From an uncultured Eubacteriales bacterium (GTDB lineage Bacteria; Bacillota; Clostridia; Christensenellales; CAG-138), in assembly GCA_900318745.1 (NCBI GenBank), contig ONMC01000004.1:1-57975 (forward strand): a stretch of 57,975 nucleotides of DNA, written 5' to 3'. The position numbers and the translations under genes are program-made. The notes beneath the pieces were generated by a model. That model made no database searches, was not told the origin of the DNA, and was given only the letters and a program-made list of their open reading frames with translations. Of the stretch, positions 15,945 through 25,583 are shown piece after piece. The first letter of the stretch is position 1. Every line of letters starts with the position of its first letter.

Positions 15945-17261
15945 ATGTACGAAAACAAAATCGGTGTTCTGGTACCCAATGTCATGCTTCCCCCGAAGGG
16001 GACGGATTTTTCGAAGTGGGCGGTCGTCGCGTGCGATCAGTTCACGTCGCAGCCCGAGTACTGGGAAGCGGCACGCGCCTATATCGGCGACGCTCCCACC
16101 ACGCTCGACCTGTTCCTGCCGGAAGCATTTTTAGGCAAAGAGGGCGAAGCCGAGCGCATCGCGAAGATCCGCCAAAATATGCGCGACTACATGGAAAAGG
16201 GCATCCTGGAAACGAAGCCGCAGGGCTTTGTGCTGGTTAAGCGCTCCGTCGCGGGGAACACGCGCTGGGGTCTTGTCATGGCGCTTGATCTCGAATGCTA
16301 TGATTATAACAAGGGCGCAACGACGCTGATCCGCGCGACCGAGGGCACGATCGTCGAACGCATCCCGCCGCGTCTCAGAATCCGCGAAGGCGCGCCGCTG
16401 GAGCTTCCGCACATCCTCGTTCTGATCGACGACCCGAAGCGCACCGTGATCGAGCCGCTTGCGGCAAAGACCGACGCGCTCGAAACGCTCTATGATACCG
16501 ACCTGATGCTCGACGGCGGTCACATCACCGGCTGGTTGGTCGACGGCGCGAACGACGTGCAGGGCGCGATCGACGCGCTGGGCGTTCTGACCGACGCAGA
16601 CGCGTTCAAGGCAAAGTACGGCGATCATGCGCCGCTGCTGTTTGCGATGGGCGACGGCAACCACAGCTTTGCGACCGCAAAGGCGAACTGGGAAAAGGTC
16701 AAGGCAACGCTCAGCCCCGAGGAGCAGAAGGACCATCCTGCGCGTTATGCACTCGTGGAGGTCGAGAACGTGCACGACGACGGCATCATCTTTGAGCCGA
16801 TCCACCGCGTGCTGTTCGGTCTCGGCGGCATGGAAGGCGCGGAGAAGATCCTTGCAAAGCTCAAGGAACAGAACGGCGGCGCGAAGATCGTGCTTTCCGA
16901 CGACATGCCGAAAGCATCCGGCGGCGAAGTGCACACGATCCCGTTCTGCACGGGCAATCTCTTCGGCGCGTTCGTCGTGGACGGTCCCGCGGCACAGCTT
17001 GCGGTCGGAACGCTGCAGAATGCGATCGACGCGCTTCTGAAGGAAACAAAAGGCGCGGAAGTCGACTACATCCACGGCGAAGCGGTCGTGCGCGATCTCG
17101 CATCCAAGCCGGACACGATGGGCTTCCTGCTTCCCGCGATGCAAAAGTCCGAACTGTTCCCGACCGTCGTTTACGACGGCGCACTGCCCAGAAAGACGTT
17201 CTCGATGGGCGAAGCGAACGAGAAGCGCTACTATCTCGAGTGCAGAAAGATCGAAAAATAA
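15945..17261 (+). CDS. DUF1015 family protein
   Basis: ATG at 15945 follows AAGGAG. The region LIRATEGTIVERIPPRLRIREGAPLELPHILVLIDD resembles the conserved DUF1015 core by eye. Confidence 0.6.
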   Translation: MYENKIGVLVPNVMLPPKGTDFSKWAVVACDQFTSQPEYWEAARAYIGDAPTTLDLFLPEAFLGKEGEAERIAKIRQNMRDYMEKGILETKPQGFVLVKRSVAGNTRWGLVMALDLECYDYNKGATTLIRATEGTIVERIPPRLRIREGAPLELPHILVLIDDPKRTVIEPLAAKTDALETLYDTDLMLDGGHITGWLVDGANDVQGAIDALGVLTDADAFKAKYGDHAPLLFAMGDGNHSFATAKANWEKVKATLSPEEQKDHPARYALVEVENVHDDGIIFEPIHRVLFGLGGMEGAEKILAKLKEQNGGAKIVLSDDMPKASGGEVHTIPFCTGNLFGAFVVDGPAAQLAVGTLQNAIDALLKETKGAEVDYIHGEAVVRDLASKPDTMGFLLPAMQKSELFPTVVYDGALPRKTFSMGEANEKRYYLECRKIEK

Positions 17262-17273
17262 AAGGAAAACCGA

Positions 17274-18587
17274 ATGGTTAAAACCGTCAAGTTCGGCGGA
17301 AGCTCTCTTGCCTCCGCCGAACAGTTTCAGAAAGTCAAAGCGATCATCGAACGCGACAGCGCGCGGCGGTACGTGGTGGTCAGCGCGCCGGGAAAGCGGT
17401 TCCCGGGCGACGACAAGATCACCGATCTGCTGTACCGCTGCCAGGCGCTTGCCGCGTCCGGTCGGTCGTTCGACGCCGAATATGCGAAGATCGCGGAGCG
17501 GTTCTGCGGGATCCGGGACGGGCTCGGGCTTTCGTACGACATCGAATCGGAGCTCGACGCGATCCGTTTGCGCATCGAAGCAGGCGCGTCGCCGGACGAG
17601 GCGGCAAGCCGCGGCGAATACCTGAACGGCAAGCTGCTTTCGGCGTATCTTTGCATTCCGTTTCTGGACGCGGCGGAATTTGTGCGCTTCCGCGACGACG
17701 GCACGTTTGACGACAACGCGACGATGCAGCGCAGCGAGACGGTGAAAGCATACGAGCGCGCGGTGATCCCGGGCTTTTACGGACAAAAGCGCAATGGCTC
17801 GGTGCGCACGTTCTCCCGCGGCGGCAGCGACATCACCGGCGCGATCGTTGCGCGCGGCACGCAGAGCGACGTGTACGAAAACTGGACCGACGTTTCCGGT
17901 TTTCTGATGACCGATCCGCGCATCGTGCCGGAGGCGAAGACGATCGAGACGGTCACGTATTCGGAGCTTCGCGAGCTCAGCTATATGGGCGCGTCGGTGC
18001 TGCATGAGGATTCAATCTTCCCGGTGCGGCGCGCGCGCATTCCGATCCATGTGCGAAACACCAACGATCCGGACGCGCCCGGCACGATGATCGTACCGGA
18101 CAGCATGGCGACCGATAAGGAACAGATGCGTCCGCTGACCGGCATCGCGGGGCGCCGCGGCTACACGGTCATCACGCTCACCAAGGACAATCTGCACAAC
18201 GAGCTCGGCTTTTCGTACCGGCTGATGGGGATCCTTGCGCGAAACGGCATCTCCGCCGAGCGCATGCCGTCCGGCATCGACACGATTTCGCTCGTCATCG
18301 ACGACAAGCGGCTTTCGGGGAAGATGGATCAGCTCTATCATGACATCATGATCGAATGCGCGCCGGACACGGTCGAGATCGCAAGCTGCATCGCGTTGAT
18401 CGCCTCGGTCGGCATCGGCATGGTGCGCAACCCCGCCGTTGCCGCACGGCTCTTTACCGCGCTGAACGACGCGGACGTCAACGCGCGTCTGATCGATCAG
18501 GACAGCAACGAAATGAACATCATCATCGGCGTGGAGCAGCGCGACTTCGAGCGCGCGATCCGTGCCGTATACCACGCGTTCGCGTAA
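17274..18587 (+). CDS. aspartate kinase
   Basis: The VKFGGSSLAS kinase motif is followed by an amino-acid kinase fold and two C-terminal ACT-like repeats. It starts 12 nt after the DUF1015 gene. Confidence 0.9.
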   Translation: MVKTVKFGGSSLASAEQFQKVKAIIERDSARRYVVVSAPGKRFPGDDKITDLLYRCQALAASGRSFDAEYAKIAERFCGIRDGLGLSYDIESELDAIRLRIEAGASPDEAASRGEYLNGKLLSAYLCIPFLDAAEFVRFRDDGTFDDNATMQRSETVKAYERAVIPGFYGQKRNGSVRTFSRGGSDITGAIVARGTQSDVYENWTDVSGFLMTDPRIVPEAKTIETVTYSELRELSYMGASVLHEDSIFPVRRARIPIHVRNTNDPDAPGTMIVPDSMATDKEQMRPLTGIAGRRGYTVITLTKDNLHNELGFSYRLMGILARNGISAERMPSGIDTISLVIDDKRLSGKMDQLYHDIMIECAPDTVEIASCIALIASVGIGMVRNPAVAARLFTALNDADVNARLIDQDSNEMNIIIGVEQRDFERAIRAVYHAFA

Positions 18588-18665
18588 ACGGTCCGGTTCA
18601 TGCGGCGTCCGCTGTTCTTGACGTTCGCCCTGCGGCGCGAAAGAGAAGGCTGAGCCGCTGCACAG

Positions 18666-19397
18666 CTACCGATATAATTTCACACGATTGCCGAATACCG
18701 CCATGATCGCCTCTGTGAGGCGGTTTTTTTCGTCTCCGGAAAGGTCGTAGACGGTCAGCTTCAAAGGCGACATATTGACGAGCAGCTGCAGAATTCCGTC
18801 GGGCGTGCAGTCCACATACTCGATGCGCACGTCGCCGTCGTCGGACAGCGTGATCGTGCCGTCCGGATGGATGCACACCGACAGCGATCCGACCCGCGCC
18901 TTGCGGGTTTCGGCAAAGCGCTTCAGCGTTTCAAGCAGTTCGCCGTACTCCTTTTGCATCAGCACCTTCGCCGCCGCGCGTTCGACCGCGACCTCCCACA
19001 GCATCAGAAACTCCTGCATCCGGAAGCGCAGAAACCCCTCGAGGCAGACGGTGTTCCGTTCCGAAAGATAATCGAGGAGCTTTTTCATCAGCACGGCGGG
19101 CTCCTCGCGGCGCTGCGCCGCTTCGATCGCGTCGCGCAGGATCTCCTGCTTTTCGGACAGCGACAGCGGCAGCGCATCCGTAAATTCCGCAAGCGCGAAG
19201 CAGCGGACGTCGTGTCCCAGAATCTGCGACAGCGCATGCGCCGCCGCGCGCTCGGGATGTTCGCCGCGCACCTTCAAAAGAACGCCGTTGTCCGTGATCT
19301 CCAGCGAATACGCGTTGTCGAGACCGCGCATGTGCCGATCGATCAGCCGGCCGAGCGGCAGATCATATTCATATGTCAGAATCCGATAGACGACCAT
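18666..19397 (-). CDS. YtxC-like sporulation protein (putative)
   Basis: The size and the central LEGFLRFRMQEF segment resemble the YtxC family. This is a weak by-eye call. Confidence 0.45.
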   Translation of the reverse strand: MVVYRILTYEYDLPLGRLIDRHMRGLDNAYSLEITDNGVLLKVRGEHPERAAAHALSQILGHDVRCFALAEFTDALPLSLSEKQEILRDAIEAAQRREEPAVLMKKLLDYLSERNTVCLEGFLRFRMQEFLMLWEVAVERAAAKVLMQKEYGELLETLKRFAETRKARVGSLSVCIHPDGTITLSDDGDVRIEYVDCTPDGILQLLVNMSPLKLTVYDLSGDEKNRLTEAIMAVFGNRVKLYR

Positions 19398-19476
19398 GCC
19401 ATGCTCCTTTTCTGTATCCTATGCCCGCACGGCGTTAGTTTGTGCCGATCGTCCGAAGGAAAATACATAAAAAAGA

Positions 19477-19492
19477 AGCTTCCGGAGAAGCT
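19477..19492 (-). terminator. hairpin plus T-run after the topoisomerase operon
   Basis: AGCTTC-cgga-GAAGCT. On the minus strand it is followed by TCTTTTTT, about 20 nt after the stop at 19513. Confidence 0.45.
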
Positions 19493-19512
19493 CCTTTGAA
19501 AAATGCGAGCGG

Positions 19513-21921
19513 TTATTCGTCGCTGCGGTATGCCGAGACCACGTCGTCGTCGAGCACGACCGCGAGGAGCATTTCGCCCTTCGACGCTTTCGGCTCGATG
19601 TGGATCTGCTCCGTATTGATCGGCGTTCTGGTGCCGTGGCGCTGCTCGATCACGAGCGTGAACGGCTGCTGCACCGTGCCGGCATAGGCAATGCGCGTGC
19701 CGTTGCTGCCGTTCTTGCGGAAGTCGAACGTCTTGACGCCCTTGCCGTTTCTGCCCTGCTGTTCATAGTCGAACAGGAAGCTGCGCTTGCCGAATCCGCG
19801 GTCCGACAGCACGATCAGCTCGCCTTCGTCGCCGACCGGCATGCACGCCATGACGCGATCTTTCGGTTCAAGCCTGATGCCGATGACGCCCGCCGCCGTG
19901 CGTCCGGTCTCCGGCACGGAATCCGCGGCGAAGCGGATGCACATGCCGCGTTCGGTCACGAGCAGAATGTCCATCGTGGGCATCGGGTATGCGCCGAGAA
20001 GCGTATCCTTATCCTTCAGGTTCAACGCCGCGGTACGCTTGCCGCGCACGCGATAGTCCGCCGCTTTCGACCGTTTCACCATGCCGCCGGTCGTGCAGAA
20101 CAGATAGCTGCCTTCGTCGGAATCGGGGAACGCGCCGACGATCGTTTCACCCTTTTCAAGCTCGATCAGACTCACAAGGTTGGCGGCGCGCGCACTCGGA
20201 CGCGTTTCGGGGATGTCATCGACCTTCAGATTCAGCATCGCGCCGCGGTTTGTGAAGAGACGGATGCTTTCGTTGCTGTTGACCTCTAAAATGCGTTCCG
20301 GCTTATCCGCGCGGATCTGCGAAAGATTGAACTGGCGCTTCAGACACTTTCGGATCTTAAGGTCTGCGCACACCGCGACGATCATCTCTTCGACCGCTTC
20401 CGGCTCGTTCGAAGGCACCTCGACCTCGCCTTCTGCGGAGATGATCTGCGTCTTGCGGCGTCCGTCGAACAGCTTGCGCACGTCGAGAAGTTCCTTTTTG
20501 ATCAGGTGCACGAGCTTCGTATCGGATGCGAGGATCGCTTCGAGCTCGGCGATCAGCTTTTTGACTTCTTTGTATTCCTTTTCGATCGCCAGAAGCTCGA
20601 GATTCGTGAGCTTTTGGAGCCGCAGATCGAGGATGGCCTGCGCCTGGACCTCGGTGAGGCTGAAGGTCTTCATCAGTCCTTCGCGCGCTTCCTTCGGCGA
20701 TTTGCTTGCGCGGATCAGCTTGATGACGCGGTCAAGATTGTTGACCGCCACCATCAGACCTTCCAAAATGTGACAGCGCTTCTTTGCGATCTCCAGCTCG
20801 GTCTTCGTGCGGCGCGTCACGACGGCGCGCTGATGGCGCACGTAGTATTCGATGATCTGTTTCAGATTCAGCTGCTGCGGCTTGCCGTCGGCGATTGCCA
20901 CATAGTTTGCTCCGAACGTGCACTGCAGGTCGGAATACTTGAACAGCAGCTGCAGGATGCGCTCCGGGTCGCCGTCCTTCTTGATCTCGATGACGGCGCG
21001 CGTGCCCATGCGGTCGGACTCGTCGCGGATGTCGGAGACGGCGGCGAACATCGCTTTCTTTTCCTGCGTGATCTCGAGGATCTTCGAAAGGCATGCCGCC
21101 TTGTTCACCTGATACGGGAATTCGTCGATGACGATGCGCGTCTTGCCGTTTTTGACCTCTTCGAAATGCGTGCGCGCACGCATGGTCAGCTTGCCGCGGC
21201 CGGTTTCGTAGCTTTGCGCGATCTCCGGCGAGTCCAGCAGAAAGCCGCCGGTCGGAAAGTCCGGCGCAGGCATGATCTTCAGAAGATCGGCGATCTTGAT
21301 GCGCGGGTTGTCGAGAACGGCGCAAACCGCGTCGATCGCTTCGACCGGGTTGTGCGGCGGGATCGAGGTCGCGAGACCGACCGCGATGCCGTTCGCGCCG
21401 TTGACGAGCAGGTTCGGAAAGCGTCCGGGCAGCAGCTCCGGCTCTTTTAAGGTGTCGTCGAAGTTCCAGGTGAAGTCGACGGTGTCCTTGTCGATGTCCT
21501 TCAAAAGCAGCATCGCTGCGTCGGTCATGCGCGCTTCGGTGTAACGCATTGCCGCCGCGGAGTCGCCGTCGACCGAGCCGAAGTTGCCGTGACCGTCGAC
21601 GAGCGTGACGCCCATATTGAACGGCTGCGCCATGCGGACCATTGCGTCGTAAACCGAGGAGTCGCCGTGCGGATGGTATTTACCGAGGCAGTCGCCGACG
21701 ATACGCGCGCTCTTTCTGTGCGGCTTGTCGGGGGAGAGACCCAGCTCCATCATGGTATACAGGATGCGCCGCTGCACGGGCTTCAGACCGTCTTCGACGC
21801 GCGGCAGCGCGCGCTCTAAGATGACGTGCTCCGCATACGGCATCATCGATTCATGCATGACCTCGTCCATGCTCTTTAAGAGGATGGTTTCGGTCGGCTT
21901 GGGGGTCGTTGTCTTTGCCAT
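19513..21921 (-). CDS. type IIA topoisomerase subunit A (GyrA/ParC family; ParC-like)
   Basis: Motifs PVQRRILY and [20 protein letters not shown] are present, followed by a beta-pinwheel CTD. I see no QRRGGKG GyrA box at the start of the CTD. Confidence 0.85.
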   Translation of the reverse strand: MAKTTTPKPTETILLKSMDEVMHESMMPYAEHVILERALPRVEDGLKPVQRRILYTMMELGLSPDKPHRKSARIVGDCLGKYHPHGDSSVYDAMVRMAQPFNMGVTLVDGHGNFGSVDGDSAAAMRYTEARMTDAAMLLLKDIDKDTVDFTWNFDDTLKEPELLPGRFPNLLVNGANGIAVGLATSIPPHNPVEAIDAVCAVLDNPRIKIADLLKIMPAPDFPTGGFLLDSPEIAQSYETGRGKLTMRARTHFEEVKNGKTRIVIDEFPYQVNKAACLSKILEITQEKKAMFAAVSDIRDESDRMGTRAVIEIKKDGDPERILQLLFKYSDLQCTFGANYVAIADGKPQQLNLKQIIEYYVRHQRAVVTRRTKTELEIAKKRCHILEGLMVAVNNLDRVIKLIRASKSPKEAREGLMKTFSLTEVQAQAILDLRLQKLTNLELLAIEKEYKEVKKLIAELEAILASDTKLVHLIKKELLDVRKLFDGRRKTQIISAEGEVEVPSNEPEAVEEMIVAVCADLKIRKCLKRQFNLSQIRADKPERILEVNSNESIRLFTNRGAMLNLKVDDIPETRPSARAANLVSLIELEKGETIVGAFPDSDEGSYLFCTTGGMVKRSKAADYRVRGKRTAALNLKDKDTLLGAYPMPTMDILLVTERGMCIRFAADSVPETGRTAAGVIGIRLEPKDRVMACMPVGDEGELIVLSDRGFGKRSFLFDYEQQGRNGKGVKTFDFRKNGSNGTRIAYAGTVQQPFTLVIEQRHGTRTPINTEQIHIEPKASKGEMLLAVVLDDDVVSAYRSDE

Positions 21922-21924
21922 GGC

Positions 21925-23877
21925 TTACTCCTTGATCTTTTCAAACACCGCATTGCTGCGATTGAAATCCGCGTACTCGAAAATGTATTCCTTGCGCGAC
22001 TGCACCTTGTCGCCCATCAGAACGGTGACGAGGTGTTCGACTTCCGCCGCGTCCTCGATCGTAACGCGCGTCAGCCGGCGCCCCTCCGGATTCATCGTCG
22101 TTTCCCAAAGCTGTTCCGGATTCATTTCGCCGAGACCTTTATAGCGCTGCAGCGTATAGTTCTTGCCGGAAATGCTGCGCATCGCCGTTTTCAGCGCCGC
22201 GTCGTCATAGCAGTAAACGGGCGGCTGGTTCGGCTTCTGCACGCGATACAGCGGCGCCATGCCGATGAAGACGTGCCCTTCGGTGATCAGCGGACGCATA
22301 TAGCGATAGAAGAACGTCAGAAGGATCGCGCGGATGTGCGCGCCGTCCTGGTCCGCGTCGGCGAGGATGATGATCTTGTTGTATTTGAGCGAGGAGATGT
22401 CGAAATCGTCTCCGATGCCCGTGCCGAGCGCCGTGATGATCGAGCGGAACTCATCGTTCTGCAGCACCTGCTCGAGCCGCTTCTTTTCGACGTTCAGCGG
22501 TTTGCCGCGCAGCGGCAGGATCGCCTGAAACTTGCGGTCGCGTCCCTGCTTGGCGCTGCCGCCTGCGGAGTCGCCCTCCACGATGAACAGTTCGTTCAGA
22601 GAATAGTCTCTGCCGGTGCAGCTGGAAAGCTTTCCGACGAGCGGCGCGTTTTCGAGTTTGCTCTTTTCGCGCGCGTTCTCCTTTGCTTTTCTTGCGGCGC
22701 TTCTCGCCTTTGCGGCCTTCACGGCCTTTTCCGCGATCAGGTTCGCCGTGTTCGCGTTCTTGAGGTTTTCGAGCCACGGCACGAGCGTTGCATTCAGCAC
22801 GGCTTCGACCGCCGGACGCGCTTCGGTGTTGCCGAGTTTCGTCTTGGTCTGTCCCTCGAACTGCACCGTGTGCATTTTGAGCGACAGCACCGCCGTCATG
22901 CCTTCGCGGAAATCCTCGCCCGCGAGCGACGGATCCTTATCCTTCAGAACACCGGTCTTGCGGCAGTAATCGTTGAAGATCTTCGTGATCGCCGCCTTGA
23001 ATCCGGTTTCGTGCGTGCCGCCCTCGGTCGTGGGGATGTTGTTCACGTACGACGCGATCGTTTCGGCGTATTCGTCGTTGTGCAGGATCGCCGCCTCGAC
23101 GACAATGCCGTTCGACTCGCCTTTGATGTGGATCGGCGGATCGTACAGCGCGTTTTTGTCTTCCTGAATGTAGCGGACAAAGTCCGAGAGCCCGCCGTCG
23201 TACTTGAATTCGGCGTGCTTCTGCTTTTCGCGGTTGTCGTCCAGCACGAGCTTCACGCCGCGGTTCAGATACGCAAGCTCGCGAAGCCGCTTCATGACGA
23301 CGGAATACTGCATGTCGATCGTTTCAAACACGCGGTCATCGGGAAGGAACGTCACGACCGTGCCCTGCTTGCGCGTGCGTCCGATTTCGGTGAGCGGATA
23401 CTTCGGCTTGCCCGAAACGATCTTGCCCTCTTCGTTTTCGACGCTTTCAAATTCCATGCGGTACGCGCGGTTTTCGTGATAGACCTCGACCTGCACCCAG
23501 CGCGACAGCGCGTTGACGACCGATGCGCCGACGCCGTGCAGACCGCCCGAATACGAATAGGCGGTGTTGCCGAACTTGCCGCCGGCATGCAGCTGCGTAA
23601 AGACGACCTCGACGCCCGAAACGCCGAGCTTTTCATGGATGCCGACGGGAATGCCGCGGCCGTTGTCCGAGACGGTGACGGAGCGGTCCTTGTTCAGCGT
23701 GACGGTGATCTCGCTCGCATAGCCGTTTGCGGCTTCGTCGATCGAGTTGTCCACGATCTCCCAAAGAAGGTGGTGCAGACCCGGCAGACCGGTCGAGCCG
23801 ATGTACATGCCGGGACGCATTCTGACCGCGTCCAGTCCTTCCATAACGGTGATATTTTTGACGGAATACTCTTCCAT
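21925..23877 (-). CDS. type IIA topoisomerase subunit B (GyrB/ParE family; ParE-like)
   Basis: LDAVRMRPGMYIGS, a GHKL ATPase, a TOPRIM domain (LFIVEGDSAGGSAKQGRDR) and PLRGK are present. ATG at 23877 follows GGAGG. The track ORF start at 24015 is a spurious extension. Confidence 0.88.
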   Translation of the reverse strand: MEEYSVKNITVMEGLDAVRMRPGMYIGSTGLPGLHHLLWEIVDNSIDEAANGYASEITVTLNKDRSVTVSDNGRGIPVGIHEKLGVSGVEVVFTQLHAGGKFGNTAYSYSGGLHGVGASVVNALSRWVQVEVYHENRAYRMEFESVENEEGKIVSGKPKYPLTEIGRTRKQGTVVTFLPDDRVFETIDMQYSVVMKRLRELAYLNRGVKLVLDDNREKQKHAEFKYDGGLSDFVRYIQEDKNALYDPPIHIKGESNGIVVEAAILHNDEYAETIASYVNNIPTTEGGTHETGFKAAITKIFNDYCRKTGVLKDKDPSLAGEDFREGMTAVLSLKMHTVQFEGQTKTKLGNTEARPAVEAVLNATLVPWLENLKNANTANLIAEKAVKAAKARSAARKAKENAREKSKLENAPLVGKLSSCTGRDYSLNELFIVEGDSAGGSAKQGRDRKFQAILPLRGKPLNVEKKRLEQVLQNDEFRSIITALGTGIGDDFDISSLKYNKIIILADADQDGAHIRAILLTFFYRYMRPLITEGHVFIGMAPLYRVQKPNQPPVYCYDDAALKTAMRSISGKNYTLQRYKGLGEMNPEQLWETTMNPEGRRLTRVTIEDAAEVEHLVTVLMGDKVQSRKEYIFEYADFNRSNAVFEKIKE

Positions 23878-24004
23878 AGATTGCCTCCAATGTCCGGTTC
23901 CGTTCATTATACCACAAGATGTTGTACCTGCGTGCGCTTTCGACGCCGTATTTACGTTTTGTTCATTTTTCATAGAAAATTTGCTTTCCGGACGCATTTG
24001 CATG

Positions 24005-24033
24005 GTGACAAGCACAGAGGATTGGTGTATAAT
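24005..24033 (+). promoter_or_regulatory. putative promoter of the dcw cluster
   Basis: GTGACA (24005-24010), 17 nt, TATAAT (24028-24033). Confidence 0.45.
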
Positions 24034-24082
24034 CTACCATGTATATATATGTGGAAATCTACCTTCTGAAGAAAGGAGCCGT

Positions 24083-25045
24083 ATGGAGACCGTTTTTTCG
24101 CATACGCCGATCATGGTTTCGGACGTACTGGAGCTCATGAAGCCGGAGCGCGGCGGCATTTTTGTCGACGGCACGCTCGGCGGCGGCGGGCATGCGCAGG
24201 CGGTTCTGGAACGTCTCGGCGATCGCGGCATGCTCTGCGGTATCGACCGCGACGACGACGCACTGCGGGCGGCGTCCGCACGGCTTTCGCGGTTCGGCGA
24301 TCGGTTCGTGCCGATCAAGGGCAACTTTTTCGATATGAAACAGCTGCTCCTTTCACGCGGCATCACGAAGGTCGACGGGATTTTGCTGGATCTCGGCGTC
24401 AGCTCGTATCAGCTGGACGCGGCGGAGCGCGGTTTTTCGTACCGCCACGAAGCGCCGCTCGATATGCGCATGGATCAAAGCGCGCCGCTTTCGGCAAAGA
24501 TCGTGGTGAACGAGTGGCCGGAGGAGGAGCTTCGGCGCATCTTCTGGGAGTACGGCGAGGAAAAGTTTTCGGGCAGGATTGCACAGCGCATCGCGGAGCG
24601 CCGCAAAACGAAGCCGATTGAAACGACGACGGAGCTTGCGGAGCTCATCAAGGGCGCGATCCCGGCGAAGTTCAAAAACGAGCCGCAGCATCCGGCACGG
24701 CGCTGCTTTCAGGCGATCCGCATCGCGGTCAACGGCGAGCTGGACGGGCTGAACGACGCGGTCCGCTCGGCGCACGATCTGCTGAATCCGGGCGGACGGC
24801 TTGCGATCATCACGTTCCATTCGCTGGAGGACCGGATCGTCAAAAACGCCTTCCGCAGCTTTGAGAATCCCTGCACCTGTCCGAAGTCGGCGCCGGTGTG
24901 CATCTGCGGCAAAAAACCGACCGCAAAGGTTCTGACGCGCCATCCGATCGTCGCGTCGGAACAGGAACAGAAAGAGAATTCGCGTTCGACGAGCGCAAAA
25001 CTGCGCGCGATCGTGCGCATCGATCCCGAAACGGGAACATATTGA
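24083..25045 (+). CDS. rsmH: 16S rRNA (cytosine1402-N4)-methyltransferase
   Basis: HTPIMVSDVLE...VDGTLGGGGH is the typical MraW/RsmH N-terminus. ATG at 24083 follows AAGGAG. Confidence 0.92.
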   Translation: METVFSHTPIMVSDVLELMKPERGGIFVDGTLGGGGHAQAVLERLGDRGMLCGIDRDDDALRAASARLSRFGDRFVPIKGNFFDMKQLLLSRGITKVDGILLDLGVSSYQLDAAERGFSYRHEAPLDMRMDQSAPLSAKIVVNEWPEEELRRIFWEYGEEKFSGRIAQRIAERRKTKPIETTTELAELIKGAIPAKFKNEPQHPARRCFQAIRIAVNGELDGLNDAVRSAHDLLNPGGRLAIITFHSLEDRIVKNAFRSFENPCTCPKSAPVCICGKKPTAKVLTRHPIVASEQEQKENSRSTSAKLRAIVRIDPETGTY

Positions 25046-25063
25046 TTAGAAAGGAGCCGCGGC

Positions 25064-25579
25064 ATGGACGTTTCGTTCGATAAAAATCCGAAAACGATCC
25101 GCAATCCGCAGACACGGATTTTTTCACCGACGCAGACGGGCACGCCTACGCCGGTGCTGGAAGACGCGTCGATGCCCGTGCGTCCGCAGCCGAGCCGGGA
25201 AGCGCAGACCGCAAAAAAGGTGCGTACCGTGGTGCGGCTGACGACCTCGTCGAAGATCCTGATCCTGCTGTCCGTATTTGCGATCGCGGCGACCGCGCTG
25301 TTCGCGCTGTTCGGCTCCGCGGAGTACGCGCGCATCATCAGCGAAACGGCGGCGGTCAATTCTGAGATCGAAACATACAACGAACAGATCTCGCAGCTTC
25401 GCAAGTCGCAGAGTTCGATGAACGACTTTGCCACGATCAACGAGGTCTGCCGCGAACGCGGCATGACGATGAACTGGTATCGGGGAGAAGGCTTAAGCAC
25501 GGCGCCGACGGACGGAGAAACCGCTCCGACCGTGCCGCCGACCGAAGCGCCTGCAACACCCGGACCGACTGGAGATTGA
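25064..25579 (+). CDS. ftsL: FtsL-like cell division protein (single TM plus coiled coil)
   Basis: It sits directly after rsmH. It has one TM helix (ILILLSVFAIAATALFALF) followed by a coiled-coil segment. Confidence 0.6.
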   Translation: MDVSFDKNPKTIRNPQTRIFSPTQTGTPTPVLEDASMPVRPQPSREAQTAKKVRTVVRLTTSSKILILLSVFAIAATALFALFGSAEYARIISETAAVNSEIETYNEQISQLRKSQSSMNDFATINEVCRERGMTMNWYRGEGLSTAPTDGETAPTVPPTEAPATPGPTGD

Positions 25580-25583
25580 CGGA

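Noticed and set aside
16131-18005. 624-aa ORF on the minus strand
   Set aside because: It is antisense to DUF1015 and aspartate kinase and has an Arg/Ala-rich composition. The sense genes have clear motifs and RBSs.
22033-24069. 678-aa ORF on the plus strand
   Set aside because: It is antisense to the GyrB/ParE-like gene and has junk composition.
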